64,000 bases of DNA from an uncultured Acidobacteriota bacterium (GTDB lineage: Bacteria; Acidobacteriota; Thermoanaerobaculia; UBA5066), in contig CAVZYA010000002.1 in NCBI GenBank assembly GCA_963779415.1, positions 1,568,001 through 1,632,000 of the forward strand. The letters run 5' to 3'. The translations under genes and the position numbers were made by a program. The first letter of the stretch is position 1. Every line of letters starts with the position of its first letter. The notes under the pieces are model-generated. The model was not told where the DNA came from. It saw only the letters and a program-made list of their open reading frames with translations, and ran no database searches. Shown one piece after another: positions 40,802 through 50,454 of the stretch.

Positions 40802-42051
40802 TCACGCTTCGATCGTGCAGTTGGTCCGGGCCCAGGCGACGCAGGGGTAGATGTAACCGCCGTCACGGTCCTGCTCGTCCAGTACGGGGGCGTCACAAGC
40901 GACGTCGCCTTCGACGACCCGGGTCCGGCACGACTGGCAGACGCCCGCCCGGCAGGAGAAGGGGATTTGGCGCCCCCCGCTTCGGCGGCCTCGAGGATCG
41001 TCCTCCCGGGGGGGATGCGGACGGTCCGGCCGGTGATGGCCAGCCGCAGGTCGACGGGCTCCGTGGCCCCGGCCGGAGCCGAGGCCGAGGCGACGGCGGC
41101 TTCGAACGCCTCCGCGCGCACTTGCCTGTCGGGGACGCCGAGGGAGGCGAGAAGCTCCTTCATCCCGTCGATCATCGGAAGGGGCCCGCAGATGCAGTAG
41201 ACGGCGGTGGAGGGAAGTCCGGTCAGGCGCCGGATCAGCTCTCCGTCGACGCGCCCGCGATGGAGGCCGGGACCTCCTTCACCTCTCGTCACGGCGACGA
41301 CGACGCGGGCTCCCGGATGGCGCCGGGTGAATGTCAGCAGCTCGTCCCGGAAAGGGACGTCGGCCTCGGTCCGTACCGAGAGGACGAGCGTGACCTTTCG
41401 CTCCGGCTCGGCAGAGGCGGCGTGGCGCAGCATGCTGATGAGCGGGGTGATCCCGACGCCGCCGGCGAGGAGGACGAGCGGTCGCGGGTCTCCGGCGGGA
41501 TAGACGAATGGGCCGGCGGGCTTGCGGACGCGGAGGAAGGAGCCTCGCCGGGCCTTCTCGTGGAGAGCGCCCGAGACCAGCCCCTGCCGCTTCACGGAGA
41601 TCTCCAGAAAGTCGCGGCTCTCCGGGGCCGAGCAGATGGAATAGCAGCGGACCAGCGGTTTTCCGTCCACGGGGAGCTGGACCGTCAGGAACTGTCCGGG
41701 CTTGAATTCGAAACCCTTCGGGCGCCGAAGCCGGAAAGTCCGGATGTCCTCGGTCTGATCGACGGTGCCGAGAACCTTCGCCTCGACCCAGCCCGGCTGC
41801 AGGGGAAGGGGAGGAGGGAAGGCCTTCTCGCACGCCCCGAACCAGAGAAGGTGGGCGACGAAGAGGGCGGCGAGGCCGCCGTACGTCGGGAAGATCCAGG
41901 GGAGAGCGGCGACGGCGAAGCCGGGAAGGGCCCAGAGCGAAAAGCGGTGTGGCCAGCTCCGGTGGCGGCGCAGCATCGCCAGCGCGACGTGGACCGTCGA
42001 GGCCGCGGCGAGAAGGGCCGAGGAAACCGGGACCGTCAGCACGAGAGGCAC
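40802..42051 (-). CDS. FAD/NAD-binding oxidoreductase with C-terminal 2Fe-2S and N-terminal TMs, frameshifted near the 3' end
   Basis: RCYSICS, AGGVGITP, CGP; SCRAGVCQSC and YPCVA in shifted frames. Confidence 0.85.
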
Positions 42052-42072
42052 GTCCGATCCCGTGGTGCGACG

Positions 42073-42366
42073 TTATTCGTCGTCGAAGATTCCGCGAGGC
42101 TTTCCGGGGTCGGCCTGCGCCTTCTCCAGCGCCTCGCGGAAGGTCTTCTCGAGGATCTCGGTCTTGTGCTTCTCCCGCTCGACCGTGGCCGCGAAGAGGT
42201 CCTCGGCGCGGGCCTTCCGTCGCTGGATCTCCTTCGCGGCGTCCTCGAGAGAGGAGAGCCGGTCCTTGTGCACGGCGGGCTCGTGCGCGAGGACGGCGCC
42301 CGTCTTCGCGTCGACCTTGAGCGTCGCGGCGCAATCGGGACATTGGATGAGAAGCGTCTCCGCCAT
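42073..42366 (-). CDS. Small hypothetical protein (CxxC plus coiled coil)
   Basis: CPDC; helical C-terminus. Confidence 0.7.
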   Translation of the reverse strand: MAETLLIQCPDCAATLKVDAKTGAVLAHEPAVHKDRLSSLEDAAKEIQRRKARAEDLFAATVEREKHKTEILEKTFREALEKAQADPGKPRGIFDDE

Positions 42367-42392
42367 CGCCGGGCCATTATGCTCCCGGCGTC

Positions 42393-42845
42393 ATGGCCGA
42401 TCCGGAGGAGTGGAAGGCGAAGCTGAGGGCGCTCGGGATCCGCCGCCCGCGCCTGCCGCGAGCGAGGCGGGAGCCCGACCGGCGGAAGCTCGAAACGGGC
42501 GCGGGGGGCGAGGAGCTTGCGGCGCGGCATCTCGCCGAGGGGGGCTGCTCGATTCTCGACCGGAACGTCCGTTACCCGGGGGGCGAGCTGGATCTCGTCG
42601 CGGAGGAGGGGAGCGACGTCGTCTTCGTGGAGGTCCGGACGCGGCGGACGGACTCCTGCGGCGGCGCGCTCGAGTCGGTGACGGCGAGAAAGCGCGGGCG
42701 CGTCGTCAGGGCCGCGGAGATCTGGCTGGCGCGTCATCCGCGGATGAAAGCGCGTCCCGTCCGGTTTGACGTCGTGGCCGTGGAGGGGAATCCTCCCGCC
42801 GTGACTTGGCTCCGTGGCGCCTTCGACGGCAAGGGGCGGGCGTGA
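42393..42845 (+). CDS. yraN: YraN (UPF0102) family protein
   Basis: [28 protein letters not shown]. Confidence 0.9.
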   Translation: MADPEEWKAKLRALGIRRPRLPRARREPDRRKLETGAGGEELAARHLAEGGCSILDRNVRYPGGELDLVAEEGSDVVFVEVRTRRTDSCGGALESVTARKRGRVVRAAEIWLARHPRMKARPVRFDVVAVEGNPPAVTWLRGAFDGKGRA

Positions 42846-44920
42846 GCGTGCGGGGTGGGATGCTGGGGCGTTACCGCCTCGGGGCGCTCCTCGGGCGCGG
42901 CGGGATGGCCGAAGTCTACCGGGCCGAGGACACGCGGCTCGGCCGACCGGTGGCGGTGAAGGTGATCCTTTCCGACCACGCCGCCGATCCGGGCTTCGTG
43001 GAGAGGTTCCTTCGCGAAGCGCGGCTCGTGGCCTCGCTCGAGCATCCGAACATCCTCCCGGTCTACGACTTCGGCGAGGAGGAGGACGCCCCTATCTCGT
43101 GATGCCGCTCCTCGACGGCGGGACCCTTCGCGACCGGATCGAGGGCGGGCCGGTGCCCTCGCGAAGGCGTCGGTCTGGATCTCGCAGCTCGCGGGCGCTC
43201 TCGACGCGGCGCACGAGGCCGGCATCCTGCACCGCGACGTCAAGCCCGCGAACGTCCTCGTCGGAAGAGGGGAGCGCGTCTTTCTCGGGGACTTCGGCAT
43301 CGCGAAGATGCTGGAGACGATCACGGGCCTCACGGCGACCGGAATGGTGATGGGGACGCCGGTCTACATGGCTCCCGAGCAGGCGCAGGGGCGGCCGGCG
43401 ACGCCCGCGACGGACCGGACTCCCTCGCCGTCGTCGCGTACGAGATGCTCGCGGGAAGGCCGCCGTTCGAAGGGGAGAGCCCGCTCTCGCTGATGCACCA
43501 GCACGTGGCATCGCCCGCTCCGGCGCTCTCGACGAGGGGTCCGGGCCTTCCCCGCGGCCTCGACGCGGTCTTCGCGCGGGCCCTTTCGAAAGAGCCGGCC
43601 GAGAGGCACGCCACCTCCGAAGAGTTCGCGGCCGCCGTCGAGGCCTTCGCGCCGACGGGCGCGACCGGTCCCTTCGAGCCTGCGATTCCCTCCGCGACCG
43701 CGCCGACGATCCGTGCGCCGGGGCGCCTCCGCTCCGTGACGACGCCGCCGTCGAGCCTGACGAGCGACGAGACAATCGTCACGGGAAGGGGGACGAGAAA
43801 GAAGAAGCCGCGGCGTGGCCTTCTCGCGGGCCTGGGATTCGCGGCGGCGCTTTCGGGAGGATTTCTACTTCTGAGGGGGAAGGAAAACGCCCTCCCATCC
43901 GGGGCCGGTGCTGAACAGAAGGCCACCTCCGTCCATGCGGCAACGCCGGAAGATTCTTCGAGAGTGAGAGAGCCCCGGATCGCTGCCTCGCCTCCGCCGT
44001 CGAACGCTTCAGCGCTGCCCGCATCCGATTTACTTTCCGGGAAATCTCCGGTGGTTCCCCCTTCTTCCGACGCCGAAGAGAAGAAGATCGCCGAGCTGGA
44101 AGCGCGGCTGAAGAAGGCGGAAAAGGAGATCGCCGAGGAGTCCGGTGCCGCGAGGTCGATCGTCCCGGCGTCGCCACCGGCGCCGGCGAGCGTGCCGGTC
44201 GCCTCCGAGCCCCCGGCGGAGAACGTGCCGAAGAACGCCGGCCTGCGCGGACTCCGTCCCGCCTTCGAGCGGCTCGATCCGTCGAAGAAGCCGGACGCGC
44301 GGCTTTCGCAGGCGGACTTCGAGTTTGCGGTGGAAAGCGCGCGCCGCGCCTGAAGGGGGATCCCGACCTCCGGGCGGCGCGTTTTCTGGAGATCCTCGGC
44401 AGCGGCGGTCTCGGTCTTACGTCGCTCGTCGCGACGGCGCGGCCTCCCAGGCGGTGCTGGAGGCCTTCGCGTACTCGAAGCGGGTGACGCAGAAGGACAT
44501 CGGTCACCTCGCCTTCCTCGTCCGCAGGCGGGGCGGGGCGATCGTCGCGCCGACGGGGTGGGAGCTTTCGCTCGCCTACGGGGACGCACGGGGGAAGCCG
44601 AGGGGCTTCTCGCCGAGGCGCTCGCGGTACGGCCGAACGATCCGAGGGCGCTTCTCGGCCGGGCCTACCTCCGTCGGATCCAGGGGCGAATGTCCGAGTC
44701 GATTGCCGATCTCCGGCACGCAGTCCAGGCGAACCCGACGCCCGTGGTTCGGCAGGGAGTCCTCGAGGTCCTTCGGACGGAGTGCCGCAGCGGAGTGGCG
44801 GAGGCCTGCGCGGAGGCCGAAAGGATGGCCGCGGCCGCTCCCGAAAGCCCGCGCCGCCGCCTACCCGCCGCGAAAGGGACCGACCCTCCGCGGCTTGACA
44901 CCGCGCGGACCCTCCTCTAG
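42842..44920 (+). CDS. Ser/Thr protein kinase with TM and TPR-like C-terminus, several frameshifts
   Basis: [34 protein letters not shown]. Confidence 0.8.
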
Positions 44921-44923
44921 ATT
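44895..44923 (+). promoter_or_regulatory. Sigma70 promoter of tRNA-Gly
   Basis: TTGACA-17 nt-TAGATT followed by a GC-rich discriminator. Confidence 0.75.
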
Positions 44924-44951
44924 GCGCCTCCCGGGCGCCCCGGCGCCCTGC

Positions 44952-45026
<75 letters not shown>

Positions 45027-45038
45027 TATCGGATTCGG

Positions 45039-45071
45039 AGGCCCGGCCGACCGCCGGGCCTTCTGCTTTCT
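45039..45071 (+). terminator. Putative intrinsic terminator
   Basis: AGGCCCGGC...GCCGGGCCT hairpin followed by TCTGCTTTC. Confidence 0.6.
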
Positions 45072-45115
45072 CGAGTGAACGGGGCGAACGTCCCCGACGG
45101 CGGGGCGGCCGTTCG

Positions 45116-45694
45116 TCATGGCGTCGCGGTTTTCGTCTTTCCCGTCAGGACCGTCACCGGCGCACTCGCCAGGATCAATGGACGGCGGCGCTCGGAAACC
45201 CAGGCAGAGAAGAGGGACCTCCCGTCTCGTTCTGTGAGAAATAAGGCAGGCCCGTCATCGCCCGCCGTGAGCGAGATCGCTCTCTTCTCCTCCTTCTTCT
45301 GCTCGGGTACGGACATCACGAGTGACCCCGAACCGATCAGCGTCCGTTCCACTCCATTCGCGTCGTAGAAGCTGAGGCTGGCCCCGCTTTTCATCGTCCC
45401 GTCAAGTCCGAGAGACGCCCGTATCCTCCCTGAAGCGTCCCGAACCAGGAAGTTCTCGGCCTCCACGGTCTCTCTCTTCTCCGCGAGAGCCTTCCCTGTC
45501 TTCTCCGCAGCCTCCTCCGCAGCCTTTTCGGCTTTCGCCACGCGAGCCTCGAGGCGCGCCTTCATCCAGAGGGACGAGGCGATCCACGCGGCGAGGAAGA
45601 CGAGAAGGAGGGCGGCCAGCATGGAGAGCCATAGGGCCGTCTTCCGCTCGATCTCGGCAATCTTCCGTCTCAGTTCCATCACTTCGTCGCTCAT
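45116..45694 (-). CDS. Single-TM hypothetical protein
   Basis: MSDEVMELRR, TM, EAENFLVRDASGRIRA. Confidence 0.6.
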   Translation of the reverse strand: MSDEVMELRRKIAEIERKTALWLSMLAALLLVFLAAWIASSLWMKARLEARVAKAEKAAEEAAEKTGKALAEKRETVEAENFLVRDASGRIRASLGLDGTMKSGASLSFYDANGVERTLIGSGSLVMSVPEQKKEEKRAISLTAGDDGPALFLTERDGRSLFSAWVSERRRPLILASAPVTVLTGKTKTATP

Positions 45695-45820
45695 GTTCTT
45701 CCTCGCTTCCGGATTTCCACGGGGGAAGCATAGCCGGCCCGCCACCACTCCCTTCTCGTTTCCGGGGCCTATACTTTTCGTGCCGGCTTCGTTTCCGGCG
45801 ACTCCGAAAGAGGTGACCGT

Positions 45821-46270
45821 ATGAGAATCGCGCACCGGATGGCCCTTCCGGCCCTCCTCCTTCTTCCCGCTTCCCTCTTCGCGCAGAGCCCTCCGCCGGC
45901 CGCGGCGAAGGAAGCTCCGAAGCCGGCTGCGGCAGCCCCGGCGCCGGCCGCGGAGGGGCTCGAGGTGAAGCTCTGCCTCGCCATCGAGAACAAGGACCCG
46001 AAGGATCCGGCGACTTCCTTCAAGGTGGCGGACGGCACGAAGGTCTACGCCTGGACCCGAGTGACCGGCGAGCCCGGCGAGGTGACGATCGCCTTCGTGA
46101 AGGGGGACAAGGACGTCTGGACGTTCAAGCTCGCCGTCCCGAGTGTGCCGTACCGGACGAACGCCTACCGGACCTTCCACAAGGGGGACGCGGGCGACTG
46201 GAAAGCCGTCGTTCGCGATTCGTCGGGGAAGGAACTCGGCTCGGCCGCCTTCACGGTCGAGATCGAGTAG
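45821..46270 (+). CDS. Exported DUF2914-like protein
   Basis: Signal peptide; VYAWTRV, YRT, GDWKAVVRD. Confidence 0.7.
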   Translation: MRIAHRMALPALLLLPASLFAQSPPPAAAKEAPKPAAAAPAPAAEGLEVKLCLAIENKDPKDPATSFKVADGTKVYAWTRVTGEPGEVTIAFVKGDKDVWTFKLAVPSVPYRTNAYRTFHKGDAGDWKAVVRDSSGKELGSAAFTVEIE

Positions 46271-46294
46271 CTCCGCCCCGGTCCGCCCCGGGCG

Positions 46295-47674
46295 TCAGAC
46301 CAGATGGTGCTCGGGGCGGAGGAGGTCGAAGACCGTCTTCACGGGCGTGAACGTCTCGATCGGGACCTCCACGAAGATGGTGTGCCAGCGCGCCATGGCG
46401 CCGTTCCAGAGGCCGGGGCGCTCGAGCGCGACGAGGTTCCGGCCCGCGAAGCTCTTCCGCGAGAGGAGGACGGCGGACGGGTCGACGAAGTCGGCGAGCC
46501 GGTAAGGCGTTCCGCCCGGCGCGCGGAGCGCGCAGACGAGGTCGACCGGGTTGAAGTGGGTCGAGGCGTTCCAGATCCGCCTCGTCCCGGGCTCTTCGAG
46601 GTCGACCTGGGCCGATTCCACGATCTGGAGGGAAGCGCTCCCGTCCTCGCCTTCCACCCAGAACGGTCCGCCCCCCGGCTCCCCCTCGTTGCGGACGACG
46701 CCGCAGACCCGGACGGGGCGGCCGCAGTCGCCGAGCCGCTCGAGTGTCTCGAGGAGAAGCCCCGCGAGGAGCTTCTTCCAGGTGATCGTCGCTTCGGCGC
46801 GGGAGGAGGGCTGGACGTTGTCGATGTTCTTCACGAAGACGAGGTCGCCGTGCGAAGCCTCGAGGTTCGGGAGGAGCGCGCCGTGTCCGCCGGGGCGGAG
46901 GAGGAGCGACCCGTCCTCGAGGCGGAAGAGACCGCCTTTCTCGTCGAGCGCGATCGTGTCGGTCGAGGGGCTCTGCGACGAGAACGTCACCTCGAGCGTC
47001 AGCTCCTCCGCCAGCTCGATCGGCGGACGGATCTCCCGGAGCGCGGCTTTGAACCGGTCCCGGCACTCCGGGGCGACGGTGAAGTGGACGCGGCAAAAGG
47101 AGCTCGCGTCGCGGACGGTGGCCACCGCCTCGCGCAGATGCTCCTCGAAGGCCGTCCGGGCGCCACCGGGGTAGAGGTGAAACGGGACGAGCGCTTTCGG
47201 AAGATCGGCGAAGCCGAGCCCCCGCGGCGGCGGCGAGAGAAGCACGGAGAGGACCTCTTCGTAGGCGCCGGAAGCCGCGGCGGGCTGGAGGGAGAAGCCG
47301 CGAGCCTTGCAGGCGGCCGCGAGATCGTCCCGGAACGCGAGGCGGTTCAGCCCTTCGAGGAGCTTCTTCGTCCGCTCTCTCTCGAGGGTCGACTTTCCCT
47401 GAAGTCCCTCGAACATCCGGGAGGCGGCCCCGGAGGCCGGGACGAACTTGCTCAGGCGCCCGGCCGCGGCCGCCGCCTCCCAACGCGAGAGAAGCTCCGC
47501 CGTCCTTTCCGGGGGAATCCGCACGATGCCGTCTCCGGGGATCGCCGGCCGGAGGAGCCGCATTCTTCCGGGCGGGTTCGTGAGGAGCCCGATCTGCCGA
47601 AGGACGTCCTCTTCCGGGAGCCTCCGGGCTTCGAGCTGACGACGGTCGGCCTCCGTGAGCAGGCTTTCCGTCAC
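46295..47674 (-). CDS. DUF4301-family protein
   Basis: KFVPASGAASRMF, RPGGHGALL, NEGEPGGGPFW, LERPGLWNGAM. Confidence 0.9.
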   Translation of the reverse strand: MTESLLTEADRRQLEARRLPEEDVLRQIGLLTNPPGRMRLLRPAIPGDGIVRIPPERTAELLSRWEAAAAAGRLSKFVPASGAASRMFEGLQGKSTLERERTKKLLEGLNRLAFRDDLAAACKARGFSLQPAAASGAYEEVLSVLLSPPPRGLGFADLPKALVPFHLYPGGARTAFEEHLREAVATVRDASSFCRVHFTVAPECRDRFKAALREIRPPIELAEELTLEVTFSSQSPSTDTIALDEKGGLFRLEDGSLLLRPGGHGALLPNLEASHGDLVFVKNIDNVQPSSRAEATITWKKLLAGLLLETLERLGDCGRPVRVCGVVRNEGEPGGGPFWVEGEDGSASLQIVESAQVDLEEPGTRRIWNASTHFNPVDLVCALRAPGGTPYRLADFVDPSAVLLSRKSFAGRNLVALERPGLWNGAMARWHTIFVEVPIETFTPVKTVFDLLRPEHHLV

Positions 47675-47678
47675 GTTC

Positions 47679-48584
47679 CTAACTCTGTTTGACCGTCGCG
47701 ACGGCGGGGGACGGCGCCGACTCCTCCAGCATCCGGAGGAGATACCGGCCGTAGTCCCCCTTCTTCATCGGCTCGGCGAGGCGGCGGACGTCGCCGGCCG
47801 AGATGAAGCCCATGTGGAACGCGACTTCCTCGGGACAGGAGACCTTCAGTCCCTGTCGGGCCTCGATCGCGTGTATGTAGGTCGAGGCCATCAGAAGCGC
47901 CTCGGGCGTTCCCGTGTCGAGCCAGGCCATGCCGCGGCCGAGGATCTCGACGTGGAGCTCCGAGAGCGCGAGATAGGCGCGGTTGACGTCGGTGATCTCC
48001 AGCTCGCCTCTCTCCGAAGGCGCGAGCTTCGCCGCGATGTCGAGGACGCGGTTGTCGTAGAAGTAGAGGCCCGTCACGGCGAAGGGCGAGCGCGGCTTCT
48101 CCGGCTTCTCCTCGAGGCCGACGGCTCGACCGTCCTTTCCGAACTCGACGACACCGTAGCGCTCCGGGTCGTGGACGCGGTAGGCGAAGACCGTCGCGCC
48201 CGAGCGCCTCGCCGCCGCCGCCTGCAGGAGCTCCGGGAGGCCGTGCCCGTAAAAGATGTTGTCGCCGAGGGCCAGCGCGACGTGGTCCTTTCCAACGAAG
48301 TCGCGTCCGATCAGGAATGCCTGCGCGAGCCCTTCCGGGCGCGGCTGGACGGCGTACGAGAGGCGGATGCCGAAAGCCGAGCCGTTGCCGAGGAGCCGGA
48401 CGAACCCCGCTTCGTCCTCCGGCGTCGAAATGACGAGGATCTCGCGGATCCCCGAGTGCATCAGGGTGGAGAGCGGGTAATAGACCATCGGCTTGTCGTA
48501 GATGGGGCAGAGCTGCTTGCTGACGGCCCGGGTGAGCGGGTAGAGGCGCGTTCCGGAGCCTCCGGCGAGAATGATCCCCTTCAT
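47679..48584 (-). CDS. rfbA: Glucose-1-phosphate thymidylyltransferase
   Basis: [36 protein letters not shown]. Confidence 0.96.
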   Translation of the reverse strand: MKGIILAGGSGTRLYPLTRAVSKQLCPIYDKPMVYYPLSTLMHSGIREILVISTPEDEAGFVRLLGNGSAFGIRLSYAVQPRPEGLAQAFLIGRDFVGKDHVALALGDNIFYGHGLPELLQAAAARRSGATVFAYRVHDPERYGVVEFGKDGRAVGLEEKPEKPRSPFAVTGLYFYDNRVLDIAAKLAPSERGELEITDVNRAYLALSELHVEILGRGMAWLDTGTPEALLMASTYIHAIEARQGLKVSCPEEVAFHMGFISAGDVRRLAEPMKKGDYGRYLLRMLEESAPSPAVATVKQS

Positions 48585-48622
48585 GTCGTCTCCCCGCGGA
48601 TCGTATACGGATTCCGGCGCCG

Positions 48623-50341
48623 TCAGGGGCGCCCCGGGCCGGGGAGGACGCTCTCGCGGATCCTCCGGACCGGGACGGGCCCGGCGTCGAGGACGGAGTC
48701 CATGAAGGACTTCAGCGAGAACGCCGCTCCGCGCGCGGACCTCGCCTCGTCGTAGAGCGCCGAAAGTTCGCGAAAGCCGAGCCAGTAGGTCGTGATCTGG
48801 GGCGAGGTCGAGATCGCGCGCGTCCACATGTTCGCGGCGAAGCGCTCGTCCTGGAGGGCCTCCTTACGGACAAAGAGGAGGACCTCCTCGCGCGTCATCC
48901 CCTTCGTGTGGACCCGGATGTCGACGATCGTCCGGGCGATGTTCTCCATCTGCTTCTTCAGGTGGGCGAGGCGCGGAAGCGGCCCGCCCCAGCCGAGGTC
49001 GAGAAGGAGCCGCTCGCAGAAGGTGCCCCACCCTTCCACGAAGACGCCGTCAGGGAAGAGGGCGCGGATCTTCCGGGGACTCCGCGCGGCCCGCTTCGCC
49101 TGGAGGTAATGCCCGGGGAGGATCTCGTGGGGCGTGATCATGACGTTGAAGTTGTGGTTGAAGTCGCGGAAAAAGGCGTCGCGCTCGGCGGGCGTCGCGC
49201 CGTCCGGAGGCGTCGGAAGGAAGAAGAGCGTCTTCGATTCGGGAGCGTAGGGGCCGGCCGGGTAGACGCCTCCCACGGCCTGCCCGGAAAGATAGGCGGG
49301 AGAGCGGTCGATCCGGAGCGTGAGGGGGTCGGGAAGGGTGACGACCGGGTTCTTCCTGAGAAAGGCGTCGACTTCCGCGACGAGAGACCGGTAGTCCTCG
49401 ATGAACGCCTCGACGCTCGCGGCCCGGTCCTCGGCGATTCGCGAGAAGAGACGCCCGAGAAGCACGGCGTCGTTCCCGGGGGCGGGTTCGTCGGGGAAGA
49501 TCGCGCTCCAGACCGTCCGCCCGTATGCGGCGGCTTCCTTCTTCTTCGCGACGAGCGCGGCTTCGGCCTCGGCGAGAAGCGCCTCGGGGGGCGTCGTGAC
49601 ACCCGTACCGGTTCGCAGGCTCTCGGCGTAAAGGCTCCCGAGGCGGGGCGAGCCCGTGGCGCTCTTTCCCTTCGCATCGAGGAAGGCCGCGAGGCGGTCG
49701 AGGGCCGTCGCGGCGGCGGTGCCGGTCGTCGCGGCCTCTCGCAGGACTTCGGGGCCGAGGGGATCGGCCGATCGAACGAACCCCCCACGGTAGAAGGCGG
49801 CGGTGGCCCGGGCCTGCCCGGCGGCGAGAGCGCAGATCTCGGGGGCGAGGGCCGTCCGGGGAGCCGGCGCGAGCGCCGCCTCGGCGTCCGCGGCGAGAGC
49901 CGGAATTCCCTTCGCCCGTCCCCGCGCGCGGCGGTGGCGCTCGGCGAACGGGAGGTCGTCTCGGAGGAGGAGATGGACGTGGGCGCCGGCGAGGATCCCG
50001 GTCCAGAAGAGAGGGTCGCGCTCGGGTCGGCGGAGTGTTCCCCACTCGAAGACGACGCGCTCGGCGGCGACGAGGAGAAGCGCGGCGTCGAGGCGGTCGT
50101 CCCGCGGAAGATCGGGCGCGGCGAGGGAGGCGCGGAGAAGCGCCGCCGTTCTCCGGTTCCGCTCCAGCCACTCGGCCCGCCGGGCCGAAGGGAGCGATTC
50201 GAGCGCCTCGTCGAAATCGTGGAGCCCCGCTTCCGTGGCGCGGGAGGGAAAGGTCCGGAAGGTCGCCGCGAGGTAGGCGTCGGCGACGGGAGGAATCAGC
50301 CCGGCCGCGGCGGCCGCCGCGAGGAAGAAAACGGCAAGCAT
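48623..50341 (-). CDS. DUF885-family protein
   Basis: [26 protein letters not shown]. Confidence 0.88.
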   Translation of the reverse strand: MLAVFFLAAAAAAGLIPPVADAYLAATFRTFPSRATEAGLHDFDEALESLPSARRAEWLERNRRTAALLRASLAAPDLPRDDRLDAALLLVAAERVVFEWGTLRRPERDPLFWTGILAGAHVHLLLRDDLPFAERHRRARGRAKGIPALAADAEAALAPAPRTALAPEICALAAGQARATAAFYRGGFVRSADPLGPEVLREAATTGTAAATALDRLAAFLDAKGKSATGSPRLGSLYAESLRTGTGVTTPPEALLAEAEAALVAKKKEAAAYGRTVWSAIFPDEPAPGNDAVLLGRLFSRIAEDRAASVEAFIEDYRSLVAEVDAFLRKNPVVTLPDPLTLRIDRSPAYLSGQAVGGVYPAGPYAPESKTLFFLPTPPDGATPAERDAFFRDFNHNFNVMITPHEILPGHYLQAKRAARSPRKIRALFPDGVFVEGWGTFCERLLLDLGWGGPLPRLAHLKKQMENIARTIVDIRVHTKGMTREEVLLFVRKEALQDERFAANMWTRAISTSPQITTYWLGFRELSALYDEARSARGAAFSLKSFMDSVLDAGPVPVRRIRESVLPGPGRP

Positions 50342-50454
50342 GACGGGATCGTAAGCCTGCCGGACAGAACCCCGACGGTCCGGATTGCGTATTCTCCGGC
50401 GGGAGGGTTCGCGCCTGTGAGAGGAGGCTCCGCGAAGGGGAGGGTCCGGGTCCG

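Noticed and set aside
33100-44600. Dense frameshifts as programmed recoding, phase variation or mass pseudogenisation
   Set aside because: Indels are scattered over unrelated genes, motifs stay intact and there are no obvious nonsense substitutions; uncorrected long-read error is the simplest explanation, and polishing would decide
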